NCBI GenBank assembly: GCA_003427395.1
Contig: BFEA01000034.1
Span: forward strand, 2,337,491 to 2,401,490
DNA length: 64,000 nucleotides
Direction of reading: 5' to 3'
Source: Chara braunii
Taxonomy: Eukaryota > Plantae > Charophyceae
Both the position numbers and the translations under genes were made by a program. This document shows positions 12,295-26,057 of the stretch, piece after piece. Each line of letters starts with the position of its first letter. Within the stretch, counting starts at the first letter, position 1. The notes below the pieces were generated by a model, which saw nothing but the letters and a program-made list of their open reading frames with translations, did no database searches and was not told the DNA's origin.

Positions 12295-14342
12295 AGAACT
12301 CGCCAATGAACGACTGGTGATGTAGGATGGACTGTCAGTCGAGCTGTGGGAAGGAGCCGAACGGCGAGCTACAGCGCTATGCCAGTAGGCATGTATCTGC
12401 CCATATTTCAGCGGAAGATACATTCACACACACCCGCACGTTTGATTGGTAGTAGGGTAGTGATCCATAATCGTATGCGTCAACTCATCGAGATTGCCTT
12501 GGCATTTTCCCCACAATCACGGTCCCGTCGGTCGAGCAATCCAATAGTCGTGGTTGCAGTGTCCATTATCATAATCATTCCCGCTCGCCTGCAGCTTACG
12601 AGCGAAATTCCATTTGAGCAACGATTCACTATTCGTCGTCGGGGTCGGGATCCGGAAGGGGCACCGCTCGTATTCATAAGTTGTTGCCAACTACACCCCT
12701 CCCTTTTTTTCTCTGCATGGTAAGTGACCATCTATGCATGGCCATCAAAGGGCCTGTGTGCCACTGCCCCTGCTGTGGGTGATAGGAGCCAAGTGATCCT
12801 AGCCGGGTGGGTAATCAGGTTCAGTAAAGTATGAGGAAGTGAGAACGTGGGCTCACCTAACTGACTGCAGCTGAACGCCGGTTTGCGCCAGGGTGTACTG
12901 CATCTGGCCATGTCTCTGTGGGGGCGGATGCTTGCGTAGTCAGGGTGTATCCGTGATAAGTAAAATCAGGCGCCGGTGAAGGGAAGCAGGGAGATAGAAC
13001 GAAGGAGATATATATGAATGCTTGTATGATGATCTGTGAAGCATGCCCATGTGTTTTTCCGCCCCGTATTTTTTCATTGCGCCGCTACTTGGTGGGTTCC
13101 ACGAATAGCCGTATGGCACAGAGGGTTGAACAGTGGCTGTGGGCACTTTGCACTGCGGGATTGTAAGTGATGTAGAGTACGGGGTTGCGGTAAATAGCGG
13201 GAGGTTACTGTAAGGAGCTGCATGGCCACTCAGATATGTGTTGCTGCCAGGAGAAATGGGTGCGGACTGTGGCGTTTGTCAGCACTTCCTGCGTATAGCT
13301 AGTTTTGTTGTATCGGTTGTATGGGTCATTGCCTTGATTACACCTAGTTAGGCTACGACAGTCAACGACAGGAGGAGTTGCTGTGTATCCGGGCACGACA
13401 GCAAGGGTTAAAAAAAAGGACCGACTGGGACACATCCGTTGATGATTACTGTTGTTGCTGGACTTCGTGGTTGTTTGCGGATTGACCAGCACCGTCTTGT
13501 TGTGTACTCGTCACACATTGACTGCGCATCAGCTGCACGCGCTGAGTGCGTACTGCGCTGTGCATTACAGCCCCTTGCAGTGTTTTCACCTTGAGCATTA
13601 CTAGGTGCGACACTGTGTTACTTGCGTTTGGTACTGTGTATTAACACGATGCCTTGCTTCTGCGCACAGTTAGTGTGCGCACAATATTCAAGCTAAGTTT
13701 ATGATGGTTCACCTGCGTTTTGTACATAGCACAAGAGGGGGCGGCCTGACTGTGAAAAATGAGTTTTTTCTGCGAGTTGAGAGATGGGCAGGAAGTCAAC
13801 AACTGGCTATTTGACTTTGACTGACCGAGCTGCTGCTGCATTCTGGCCGTCATTGCGGGGCCTTCAGGCGCATAACGATAACAAAGCCCTCTCCTGAGAG
13901 TTGAGTTTGTCCCTCTCCTGTATCTCGAGAGTCTAAAACCCCTCATTCTGCCCTTCTTACTCTAAGTCTAGTCCGTTGGTTACGAGAGGAAGGCGGCAGG
14001 CGGGATTGCAGCCTGTAGGACCGAATCAAGACTCTGTGGGGAGTCCACCCACCGATTGCGGAAGCTCTGCCGGAACCTAGGCGAGGTTCTGAAGGCAGGG
14101 AATTGACAGGTATATCTTTTTCTGTTTGTATGACCCCACTACACCCATGTTTGGTTATCTCCCTTTAGTTTGACTGACGTATATATGTGTGTCCCTATGA
14201 CTTTGCTTTTTTCCAGGACTTAATCAGATTGAATGGAAGGAATGCATGAGAGTGAAGTTTAAGTTTCATCTTTATTTTGACTGAAAGCAGACTAAGGGAT
14301 GAACTGGTGAAACTGCATGCGTTTGACCGGGTCAACCAAGGA

Positions 14343-15044
14343 CTGAACATTGTTTCTAAGCTGAATGGCCCTGGGCTATGTTTATTTGACTGTTTTCTGA
14401 AGGGCCAGACATTGTTTCTAAGCTGAATGGTCTGGTTGCTATGTTTATTTTCGGAGGGTTTGCCTGATGTGAAGGTTTTAAGTTTTTGTTTTGTTCTGAG
14501 GGAGGATTTTGGTCTAAGGCTGAGCATTGTTTCTAAGCTGAATGGTTTAGCCTGAAAACCACGCACATAAGTATAAACTGAGTATGAAATAAAGTACTTT
14601 ACTTATATTTGCATGTGAACTGGTAGTTGGGCATTGTTTCAAAGCCGAATGGCCCAACTCTAAGCCATATCACTAAGAAGAGAAGAGAAATTGCAGAATA
14701 TAATTGAAAATAGTCTGGGCAAGCTGAACATTGTTTCCAAGCCGAATGGTTCAGTCTAGTGCCTGCCCCGTGAACGTGACCGGCACCGGTCACCAACCCG
14801 TGACCGGCCGATCACCGGGCCTAAATCCTGTGAACAACCGTTCACGGGAGCCGTTCACGTGCTTTACGCCCGCGGGGGCGGCGGTGCGGTCGGGATGAGG
14901 GCGGGAGGGGGGTGGTGCGGGGCCCTTCTACACCCCCGTACCTTCAAATCAGACAAAAAAAAAAAAAAAAAAGATATTTGTGTTTAAAAATAAATAAATA
15001 AATAAATATTTGGGGGTTGATTGATTGATTGATTGATTGGTTGG

Positions 15045-15075
<31 letters not shown>

Positions 15076-15113
15076 GTGGGGGAGGGGTCCTCCCTCCGCT
15101 CCCCTGCGCGCGC

Positions 15114-15156
<43 letters not shown>

Positions 15157-15789
15157 GAATGGCGGTCGTGGTCGATGCTTTATTGCACCACCGAAACAAC
15201 GACCNNNNNNNNNNNNNNNNNNNNNNNNNNNNNNNNNNNNNNNNNNNNNNNNNNNNNNNNNNNNNNNNNNNNNNNNNNNNNNNNNNNNNNNNNNNNNNNN
15301 NNNNNNNNNNNNNNNNNNNNNNNNNNNNNNNNNNNNNNNNNNNNNNNNNNNNNNNNNNNNNNNNNNNNNNNNNNNNNNNATATGGGCAGGTGCCCCTCGA
15401 CAGTCCCCACACGTCTATAAAAAAAAAAGTACCCCTACCAGGCGAAAAAAAAAAAAAAAACCGGAGTTCCCGCTCACTGTGAACTCCGTGAACTACCGAC
15501 GTTCACAATTTCCGTGAATGGTGACCGGTCCCTGTTCACAACCCCCGTGAACGGTGAACGGGGGTACGACACTGGTTCAGTCCTCTGCCCAGATTTGCAT
15601 TTTCTTGTGAGAACAAAGTCGGAAAACTACTAAATTTTGGATATTAAACAGTTCAGGGCGACTAGACATTGCTTCTAAGCCGAATGGTCTAGTCATATGC
15701 CCAAAGAAGAGAAAAGTATTTGTGCAACCTGTTCGTGTATATCCTAAACGCGTGCTAGACATTGTTTTTAAGCTGAATGGTCTAGCACT
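14343..15789 (+). repeat. Array of 7 hairpin units, core CATTGTTTCTAAGCTGAATGG
   Basis: Units at about 14343, 14404, 14517, 14624, 14722, 15661 and 15752. Most have their own self-complementary flanks. Confidence 0.9.
14757..15574. mobile_element. hAT-like MITE; contains an N gap
   Basis: Perfect 8-bp TSD GTTCAGTC (14749-14756 and 15575-15582). Imperfect TIRs TAGTGCCTGCCCC and CAGTGTCGTACCCC. CCGTGAAC subterminal repeats. Absent from sister LTRs. Confidence 0.9.
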
Positions 15790-18509
15790 ACGCCATATGT
15801 AAGTTGGGTACAAGGGTTAAATCATCTGAACGATTCATGAACTATCTATGAGGATTTTGACTTGGGGATGGTGAGAGTACTTACTCCTTGAGGTTTAGCC
15901 TTGCATGTGACTGAGCGAGATTACTACTTAGTATGAGTTTCAGTTTGACAGGTAGTTGCTTTAGAGGCTCGCCACGTGCTAGAGCGATAGGAGTTAATTC
16001 AATTTATGCATTTTCTTAGCTAATTTTATTTTACTTAGGTCGATTTTCACATTTTATGGGATCATTTGTTATACTTGGTTGTGTATAAATTTTGGTAAGT
16101 TACTTTCTCTACGGGAAGTGTTGCCGAAATTTATGCAAATCCAAGGAGTTAGTCATGTTTTGGCATTTCAAAGTTCAACTTGTCTAAATTTTATACATGA
16201 CTTAGTAAAAATCTGGAAAGTCTCATTTTCTAAAGGGACTGCTGTTCAAATTTTTGCTAATTCAGAGATTTCAACAAAATTTGACTTTGAAAAGTCAAAG
16301 ACTATTTTTGTTTTCATATTCGGGCTAATATAAATTTTGAAAAGACACTTTTCCTACGGGAAGCGCCGCCGAAATTTCCTTAGTTTAAAACAGTAAGTTT
16401 ATATTTTGACATGTGGCAATCCTTGAAAATCCACTCTGTATAGAGGAGATTATGCCAGAGTCTACCTTTTTTTTTACGCTTGCTTAGAGGTAGACTTATG
16501 CTTAGTTAAATATGATGATTTTGAGCAAGATTGTAATATGGAAATCATTCTCCATGTACTTATAGATTTAGCTTGGGGATTGGCATGTCTTGTGTAACAG
16601 GTCTTCTTGATCGATTGATTCAGGATTTCGGCTAGATTCAGCTTGATCCCACGAGGATCATCTTCTGATATCACTGATAACAGGTCGCCGACTCGTCGGT
16701 TTACGATTCAACTCCAATTCACTCCTTCCACTCAACCTAAAGGCTTTATCCTTATGATTTGAACTGTTTTATTGTGTTTTTGCCCAGACTTTATTTGAAT
16801 GGTCATTTAAAGAAAAGTATTGAATATTTTATTTTAAGGAGCTGCACAACATTGAGGTTTGTATGGCTAAAAGCAAGGAGTGTGAGTGCAGAGAGTGGTT
16901 GAAGTTGACCCCGTGTAGTGCATGAACCTTTTTTGCTGAATCTTTGATGTGATTGCAGGTATGTTTGGTGATTCGGACTTTGGATTTGACTGTCTACGCT
17001 CACATACATATATATATGGTTGAGAGGAGCCCCACTGTGATTGTGAGAAGTGATCGTTACATATTTATAATCCTCTATATAGATGTCAATACATATGTCT
17101 TGAATGTTTCATGCGGCCTACAATGATCGCGCGTAAGGATTAAACTGATTGTGTTTTTCGAGAGAAAAGGGACATCCATTTTTATCCTTTTATCCTTTGT
17201 TTTTTAGAGTTTTTATGGTTGGACGTTGTAGTCCGTGGCAGCCGTCAAAGTCAAACCCCTTGATTTCTCTCTAGGCCCTAGATGAAGAAGTTGGCCTCCA
17301 GGGCCATAAGAGATGATTGTCACCACAAATATGAACCTGTGTACCACCCACTCTCCGCAGGGTGCAGAAGAGGGCGTGGAACGGCACGACTCTCTATATT
17401 AATCTAGTACAGTGGTTGAATTGGGACAGGTACGGATACCGGCTTGGTACCGGGCCAGTTCTCTGCAGTACAGTACGCTCAAGTCTGGTTTGGTGTTGGT
17501 TTGGCACGGGTGTGGCACACGAACATACTGCGGTCAGACCCTGTTATTGGATCGAGATTGGAGCGGTGTTGAGCGCATCGGTCCGATACTGCACAAGGCA
17601 GCGCGGTACCCTCCCGACCACGTCACACAGGAGTTGGTCTAATCCTCGTCGCGAATATACATGGAGTTTCCTCAAGCCGCTCCGGCCGAGTGCGCCAGCC
17701 ATACCTCTAGCGAGCCCCTACGACAGGATAAGGCCTACGCGAGGCACGACTTACCTTCACCTTACGGGAGCTGTCACCTCCCTTCGGTGGGTGTATCCCT
17801 GCCGAGCTACCAGTCCACAGTACGAATGCTAATCAGTTGCAATCGCAGAGGTGGACCAGCCGAGGTTGTTTCTCGTTCCCTGTAGTATAGGGGGTACGTG
17901 CGGTATTACGCCTCTATCGAACCCGCACGCGAACCGGCATCTTGAGGGGCTGAAGTCCCAAGTGCGACGCGTCGCCGGTCGACTAGGACGCATCCCACAC
18001 GTCATGCGCACACCACTATAATGAATCATAAAAATAAAACGCACACACACACATATATACATATACTGAACGACACTAAACAAACAACGAGACAACACTC
18101 CTAGTCCCTTAGTAGTCATCCCACAACTTTCGGATGCGGAAATCGGATAGGCATCGCGCGCGAGATTGAGTATAAAATCGCGTGGATGCAGGGCTAACTC
18201 ATATCGATTCGCAATGCAAGCGTACGCAAGCGATCGCAATGATGGCGTACTATGTAGTACCCGTACTCATGCGGTCCTCGTTAATCTCGAGGGTCGCATT
18301 CGACACTCAAGTGTCGGTTGACACAACCGGTGAACGTACGGTATCTATCCCGAACCTCGAAAAGAACCAGAATATGCAACAACATTCCGTCATAGTACAA
18401 AACCTGCACCAAACCAGGGCGGCCATACCCTTACCAAAGTTGAACTAGTTTCCGCACTGTACCAATCATGTCGCCGCGACCCAACATCGGTCCCACTCAC
18501 TCAATAACA

Positions 18510-21207
18510 CTCGGTCATCGTGGTAGTAGTAATCAAGTCCATCGGGAAAGTCAAAGAAACTCATACGGATCGGCGGACAGTAGGTAAATAACCGATTTTT
18601 TTAACAAATTTCCCTCAAAATTTAATCCCGTCAAAATTTAATCAAACAATAAATAATCATTTGTTTTTGTTCTTTTTATTATTATTATTATTATTTTTCA
18701 TTTCTAATTTTTTGATTGGAATAAACGATAATTACAGACAATCTCATCAAGGACACACCCTGATGAATCATAATTAAATAATAAATATTCATTTGTTTTC
18801 TTCCTTTTTGTTATTTTAAATTATTTTTCTCAATTTTAATTTTATTGTTGAAATTAGTAAAAATCGTGGGTTCATTCCATCGTCAATCGCTCAGTGTAAA
18901 AAGGACGCGCCGATGCCTACTACCGCACCTCCGTATTGTGGTCGGCTGCTTCTGGAGCAACCTCGGAGCGGACGAAAATGATAGGTGCTAGGCGCGGCAG
19001 GTGCGGGCGTTCCTCTTGTTAATGTTGTCAGTTTTAATAGTCGACGGGGAAAATTTTAGGGATCCTTTTCCGACCCCCAATTTCTTCCGATGAGTCTAAT
19101 GAAAGTCCCAGTCGATTCCTCCCTAGGCTTTCAGCCCAAGCCCCAATTCGTTGTATTTCGGGTGGCCGACTGGTCTGCGACCGCCCGACACCGTTTCAAA
19201 TCATTTAACCACCTTCCACTTTTAAAGGGGGGTCACTCATAAAATCTCACAACCACCTCCCACATGGAGGAAGTCAACAATAAATTATAACCACCTCCCA
19301 CATGGAAGGGAGTCAATCATAAAATACTCATTACCGAAAGATCAACTTTTGGATCCTCATCTCAACTCAACAACTAACATTTGGCATGGACAAGCTTTTG
19401 AGTCTCAAAAGACTCATAGATCCTATGAGATTTTCACACATTTTCACCAAACAAACTGTGCTTATCTTTTTTATACTCGAGCCTATTGTCTGTACATAGG
19501 CAGATTGAGCGAGTATGCCAAAGACTAGACAGTTTACACATTTCACATTCACGAAAACGCACGAGATGCATCTAGTACACCTCTAACACAAAAAATCATC
19601 ACACATCAAGATAAGTTCATACATATGAGAGTGGTTGTGATCGTCGGACAAAGAGGTAGTCTATGATTTTTATTACGTATAGGGTCAGAATATCTCAACT
19701 CATAGGAACAAAAATAGTATTAAGGACACACATATACTCAGAGTTGAACAACCTTAAATAAAAAATAAATCCGGATAATCACTATGTCACCAATATACTC
19801 AACGTTGGGAAAAGTCCCAATTCAAAAAAAAATCAGGGATGATCATAATATCACTAGGTATCGCACAAAAGTGGCACGGCCTCAATAATCGTAATTGGAA
19901 AATTGTCACAATCAGAACAATATCGCAGACGTCTGCTTAAAGAATAATTTTTACTCTCAACTCGTAGATCGTATATATTTTTAAGTACAAAATAACAGCA
20001 ATAATATATTGTTATGTTATATATCATAATGGAGAAAGAATAACCATGAATAAATAATGATGTCATGATCAACTGAATTTTTCCAACCATGAAGGCTTTC
20101 AAATGCAACAATAATAAAAGTATTATATTATACTTCCCCAGACTTTAATAAAATTATATTGTGTCGAGGGGCAGTGTAATCCTTTCTCAAACGTATAACA
20201 TCTTATTCCTAAGCCCCGATCAAGGATCAAGCCTCACTGCATCCCCCTCCGATTCCAGTACTTGCACCTTGCAGACCCTTGCCGATAAAATACACAACCT
20301 CACTATACATACTCCGGGATGTGCTGTCCCTTCGTATGCAGACGAACCCACTTGACACAAAAATAGTTCGGGATTCACCCCTTACCTTTATGTGGTAGAC
20401 AATAGTTGCTTCCTTCATAGGTCATGGTCTGACAACGGTCAAACACTTTCCTCTTATTCGGTAGTAATTTAGTCATTTTATCACAGAGGATCAAATGACA
20501 ACACCCCACTATGGACCAGGAACCTTGTTCCGGCGTGGGTTTCATTACCACCTACAAGACAAGATTATAATTTCTTCAAAGCCATCTTTCAGGGGAACAA
20601 TAACATAGGATTGCAACTTTCTTTAGGGTAGACTCTACACATTGACCATTTTTCTCGCGAAATTCACTTTCCCAAGGAACTGGTCACTCCATTCACCTTC
20701 GAATCCGCATCGGATGTGGATTCCGTGTAACGTTTTTGTCCCCTCTTAAAAGGTCATCCCATGCATAAAGCAAAATGAATATGAATGGATAACTCATATC
20801 GACTAACTTTATATAAATAGATCCAGAAAGATCATATTTGATAAATAAAAATAAAGTCGGTAGGTTATGTGGCTTGTCACAAATGAATAAGAATAACACA
20901 AAATGACATTGGGTACATAGTATTACATGAGCCAACACTTAAATAGGCTTTACATAAATGAATGTTGATGCAAATGAAAAAATTTCATAGATAGGCTCAA
21001 AGGGTTACTCCCCAAACGATAAACCCAGGTGCTTAGTTAAATAAAATGCCTACGGCTTCCCCTACAAAAATCTTTTGGTAAGAGACAAATTTTTCTTCAC
21101 GATCTAAGCTATTTTCAAGCGCTAGCGTAACATGTCACTGTCGCGACAACTTAGGTAGCTTAGTGGCTGTGTTCAAGTATCAAAGATCCTTGCTCGGGTG
21201 AAGACGT
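18510..21207 (-). mobile_element. Internal region of the element whose 5' LTR is 41774-44559
   Basis: The reverse complement of 20165-20270 matches 53210-53310, and that of 20670-20700 matches 52768-52800. Collinear with 41452-41751 across the 21208-41447 insertion. Confidence 0.75.
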
Positions 21208-21604
21208 TGTCGGGACGGAAACCCTGACAAGGGTATCTGCCCTATGTTTTCGATGTCGGACAAAGTTCGAATTTTGATAAGTTTGTGAAATTTGGTCTGA
21301 CAAAATAAAACATGCTATTAGAATATTCCGACTCGATCGTGATTTTCGGCAAAACCGCTGGGATGTGCGGCTGTGGAAAGATTAAAGCTAGACCTATTCT
21401 ACCTAAGATTATGTCGCGCTAGGAATAAGGCCGCGACACCATCAAGGTAAACAGCCCGATGAATGGGCAACGGCGTGAGCACTGCAAGATCGGCAGGTCT
21501 CCGTGTCGATGGCAGCACGGTTGGCTTTGTGAAAAGGGGACCGACAGACCGATGCCGAGGCCTTCCAAGCGGCGGCGGGCAGAACCTGCTAAGCCACCAG
21601 CCAG

Positions 21605-21750
21605 CAAGGCCTGCTAGGCTACATGCAGGCGGGGCCTGTAGGCCACAGGCAGGGTAGGCCTGCTAGGCCACAGGCAGGCGGGGCCGGTAGGCCACAGGCA
21701 AGGTAGGCCTGCTAGACCACAGGCGGGCGGAGCCTGCAAGGGCACAGGCC
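21605..21750 (+). repeat. ~21-bp GC-rich minisatellite
   Basis: Degenerate AGGCCTGCTAGGCCACAGGCAGG units. Confidence 0.85.
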
Positions 21751-22309
21751 GGGAAGATACTTGGGCTAGCTCTTCATATTGAAGAGTTGCTCCTATTCAG
21801 TGTGGAACATGAGCTAGCCCAGTAGGTTAACTCAACCGACTCTTACCCAACACGTACCGAGATCGAATCTGACAAATCGCATCTTTAGGTTGACTTCTTT
21901 TTTTTTGGAGCTGGCCGCCTTGCCAGCTATTGACGCAGTCGATTTCGACCGCCGATCAAGAAGATCGCATGGCCAAGATCGGCCGCACGTTGTTCAGCAA
22001 GGCCCCTGCGCAAGAATGACACGTATAAATCAACAAAAACAAAATAAAGTAAAAAAAAAATAAAAAAATAAACAGCGTCACATGGCGCCTGGAGATGCTA
22101 TTGGCGGGACATGTAACTGTAGCCGTTGGCTTATGCCAACGGCTTTATTATTGCAANAAAAAAAAAAAAAAAAAAAAGTATGAACGGCGCCAGATGGCGC
22201 ATCAGGAGGAAACAGGGACTTATGGTCCTTGAAAAACAGGCGCTGTTTTCAACGGCATCAGACCGTTTTCGTTTCTTTTTGTTTTTTTTTTGTTCATAGA
22301 TTTTCTTAG

Positions 22310-22357
<48 letters not shown>

Positions 22358-22484
22358 TATTCTTTCCTTTTTTCATGAACTAATAACTCAGCGCCCGTTC
22401 GTTTTGAAAACAGACAGCTGGGAGCTGTAACGCCTGAACCAGGCACAGGTAGAAAAAGAGAAGGGGGGGAGGGCGACTGTGCCT

Positions 22485-22538
22485 GATCGTTTCGTCGGGA
22501 TTCCATGGACTCATCAGGGAGTTGTAACCCCGACAACC
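22485..22538 (-). ncRNA. Type III hammerhead ribozyme (partly decayed stem II)
   Basis: Minus strand GGTT-GTC-GGGG-TTACAA-CTCC-CTGATGA-GTC-catggaatccc-GAC-GAAAC-GATC. Both core boxes are intact and the cleavage triplet is GUC. Confidence 0.8.
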
Positions 22539-25500
22539 ATAAGAAGATGAGCAAAATCGAATGAATCTACCCTAAGGTCATGGTGGTATGCAGACGCCTA
22601 CTCAAGGCGTTGGCACAAGGTGCAGGTAAGATTTTTTTTTTATTATTTTTTTTTTTCCTCTAGTTTTCTCGTTTTCTCCCCCTCCCCATTTGTAGCCGTT
22701 GAGGCTTGACCTAACAAGGAAAACAGGGGATGCTGAAAATGAACAAAACTAAAAACGGTAAAAAAAAAGAAAAGAAAAAAAAAACAACAACAACAACGAA
22801 AACGAAAATGAGGCAACTGCCAGATCTCGCGGCTCACAGCGTACGCGCGTAGAAAAGGGACTGAGGGAGTTGGCTGAAAAGGGGGAGGGAGGAAGGACGT
22901 GAGAGTTGGGAGGATGAGGTCCTACTCCTCCCAAACTGACAATTGCCCTCCTCGTTTTCAAGGAAGGGCAGACAAAGCAAAAGGAGGAGGGTTGTTGCAT
23001 GCAATAGCATGCACCTGGACAAGGTAAAAACCAGGTGCAGTAAAAAGTAGAAAGTTTTTTTCCTCTTCTTTTCTTTATTTTGTGTGAGGATACTTGTCCT
23101 CACGTGGTGGTACCTCTGGCAGAAGCTGCGAGAGATAACTATCAAACTCCCGTTTTTTAAGGGAGCCTGAAAAATGAAGGGTCATAAAAGGAAAAGGTTA
23201 AGTACAACCTTTTCCCCGATGTATCTGCCCTAGGAAAAGGGTCCAGATACATGAAACTGTAAGGGGTTGTATTTCTCCAACCCCTTGTCAAAAAAAAAAA
23301 AAAAAAACAGATTTGGAAATGGCAGGACCCCAGCTATCTCGTGAGATTCCGAGATAGCTAGGAAAAAGAAAAAATTAAATAAAATGGGGCAGTTACAGAA
23401 ACTTCCCCGCACTAAGGTTGTGGTTGTGATGCGACCACAGTCAGCCCTGGATCTTGGCAAGATCAAGGGTTCACTGTGAGCCCACTGTCAAGCGCATCGG
23501 TCCGACAGGGGGACCCTCCCGGCCGCGTCACGCAGGATTTGGCAAGACTTGTCGCGGAGATCGTTTTGCCGCTCCGACCGAGTGCACAAGCCGTACCTCT
23601 CACGAGTCCCTACGAAAGGACAAGGTCACGCGAGGCACCACTTTACTTCCACTCGTGGGAGCTGTCACCATCCCTTGAGTGGGCGTATCCCCGCCGAGCT
23701 ACTAGACCACATACGAAGGTTTTTCATATGCAATCGCAGAGGTGGCCCAGCCGAGGGCGTTTCTCGTTCGCTGTAGCATAGGAGGTACGAGCGGTCAACG
23801 CCCGAATCGAACCCGTACGCGAACCGTCGCTCGAGGGGCTGATCTCTCGAGAGTGATCCTACGTTGGTCGACTAGGTCGGCTATTCTAACCACGAGACGA
23901 TACTGGATTAAACGAAACCAAGTTTCACTTGTAAAGCACGCCTAGCCCCTTATTCTCATCCAACCCATAACTCTGCTGAGGGAAGTAGATGAGTGTCGCA
24001 CACGAGGCTCAAAATAAATATCACGGCAGCGTGGGCTCTACTACATCGACTAGCAATGCATGTTTACACAAGCAGTCGCAATGATGGAGCGCTATGTGGT
24101 ACCCAAATCCAGGTGGCCCTCATAGGTTTTGAGGGTCACCTTCGACACTCAAGTGTCGGCTGACACGCGTCTCGAGGGGTTGTCCTCTTGACGTTAGACA
24201 ATCGCAAGTGCGGTTGCAAGACCTACCCTCTTCTGCATCCTGTGGAGAGGGGTTGAGTAGACAGCCTCAGGGTTGTTGTGGCAATCAGAATCTTGGCTCT
24301 CTTGACATACTCCATCATCTGAGGTATATGGAGAGGTCAAGGGGTTTGACTTTGACGGCTGCCACAGACTCCAACGTCCAACTATGAAAACCCAAAAAGG
24401 AACCGATCGCAGAGGGGAAAAAGAGGCTAGCCCCTTTTTTCTGTCTTCCTAGCCCGTATTCCAATTTGTATAGCTTGGTAGGCATGTCAAATGGAAAGGG
24501 GTTGGTTAGTACGAAGGGTGCGCACGGACAATGCCCTATTCAAACCCATGTGCGAACCAATGTTCGAAACGCTGGAGCCTCATTTGCGGATTCTTATAGG
24601 CTGACTAGGACTAGTACTTCGTCCGCGCAACATTTCACACTACCAAAACTCGGGTCTACTTACCGCAACGTGCTTTTGTCCCTTCTGCTTGACCCATAAA
24701 TGTTCCTGCGAAAGCCCTAAGCGGAGCCCGCGCGCCGGATCGTATAAGACGGTCGTGTGCTCGAGGGAACGCATTTCTTTCAACTATGCGAATTTTCACG
24801 ATCAACTGTCATGGCGATGCTTCATGCGTTACCCACAATTGCTCAACCTCCCCGTAGGTTTTGGCACTGCGCAGGGCACTCAGGTGTAAGACCATAATAT
24901 CACGAAGGGGCAAGCCTTTCGCGATATAGAAAGGCTGAAGGAAAAACCCTTTAGTCCTTGTGGCATTTTTGACCTTTAGGCCAGGTGTCCAGAAGGGTAA
25001 GACATAAGGGCCTAGTGAGTGGGGGGAACCCTTTCGCGCGGGGCCAGAACCTCGGATGTCCTGGACAAGGGCCTCAAATTCCTGGTTCAGGACTAACGTC
25101 CAACCAATTAAACCAACGAGTAAAGAGGAAGCGTAAGCATGCGGTCGCATAGTCCCGTGAGGGTTATCCGAGCGTACGCCAACTTTGACTATCAAAATAT
25201 CAGAACGGGAAGAGGCAATCTCAATTAAACAAAGAGTTATGTGGTAGTTCACTCTCACGACAGTTGTGTGGTTTGCCCATCTGAATCCAAAACATAACCA
25301 TTCACAAAGACTCAATCGAGATTTCTCCACACATATCAGCGATCATACACAGAGTTCAAACGACATCGCACACACTAAAGGGGTCACATTTTCAGTCTTT
25401 TGCAGCTCACACCCTGCCTTATGCACACAAGCCCAACCTTTTCTCAACCGTTCCTCAACAAAAATACTCAGTCCTTAAGAAATGATCATTTATAAAGAAT

Positions 25501-26057
25501 CTGGGTGAAAGCCCAAGAAAACATATAACTCAGCAAGGGTCAAGGCCTTAGGTTGAGGGGCAGAAAAAGCAGGAAAGTTGACTCGTAAACCGACCTGTTA
25601 TGAAATGATTAGAGAAAAATGATCCTTTGTAGAATCAGGCTGAACGAATCAAGCCTTCGGTCGAACTGCGAAAACCTGCATCACAGTACAGGCCAATAGA
25701 ACGCCAGTACTATGTTCAAGCCAAGTGGAGAGTACTCTCCAATTCGTAACCTAGCTCATCTACTAAACTTTATGTTCAGTTTCCCTTACTAATACTAAAT
25801 CACTGAGAATTTAAGCAGCATCTCCCCTATTCAGGGTGGATTTGCCAAGTTCCTCCTAGCTAAAAATATTCTAACTCCTCAAATTCTACGAAATTTCGGC
25901 AGCGCTTCCCGTAGGAAAAGTGCCTTCGCAGAATTCCTATGAATCCAAAAATGACTAACTCTTTCAGATTTGTAGAAATTTCGGCAGCGCTTCCCGTAGG
26001 AGCAGGAGGCTGCCAAGATTTATACAGAGCTGAAAACAGAAGGACTAAGCAAAGTTA

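Larger units (their letters stand above)
9574..18325 (+). mobile_element. Giant solo LTR with inverted 3' end
   Basis: Starts TGTCGGTGCGAATACCC. Homologous to 57388-64000, clearest from about 13800 on. The last ~760 bp are inverted at 17567-18325. 4-bp TSD CCGC at 9570-9573 and as the reverse complement of 17563-17566. Confidence 0.85.
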
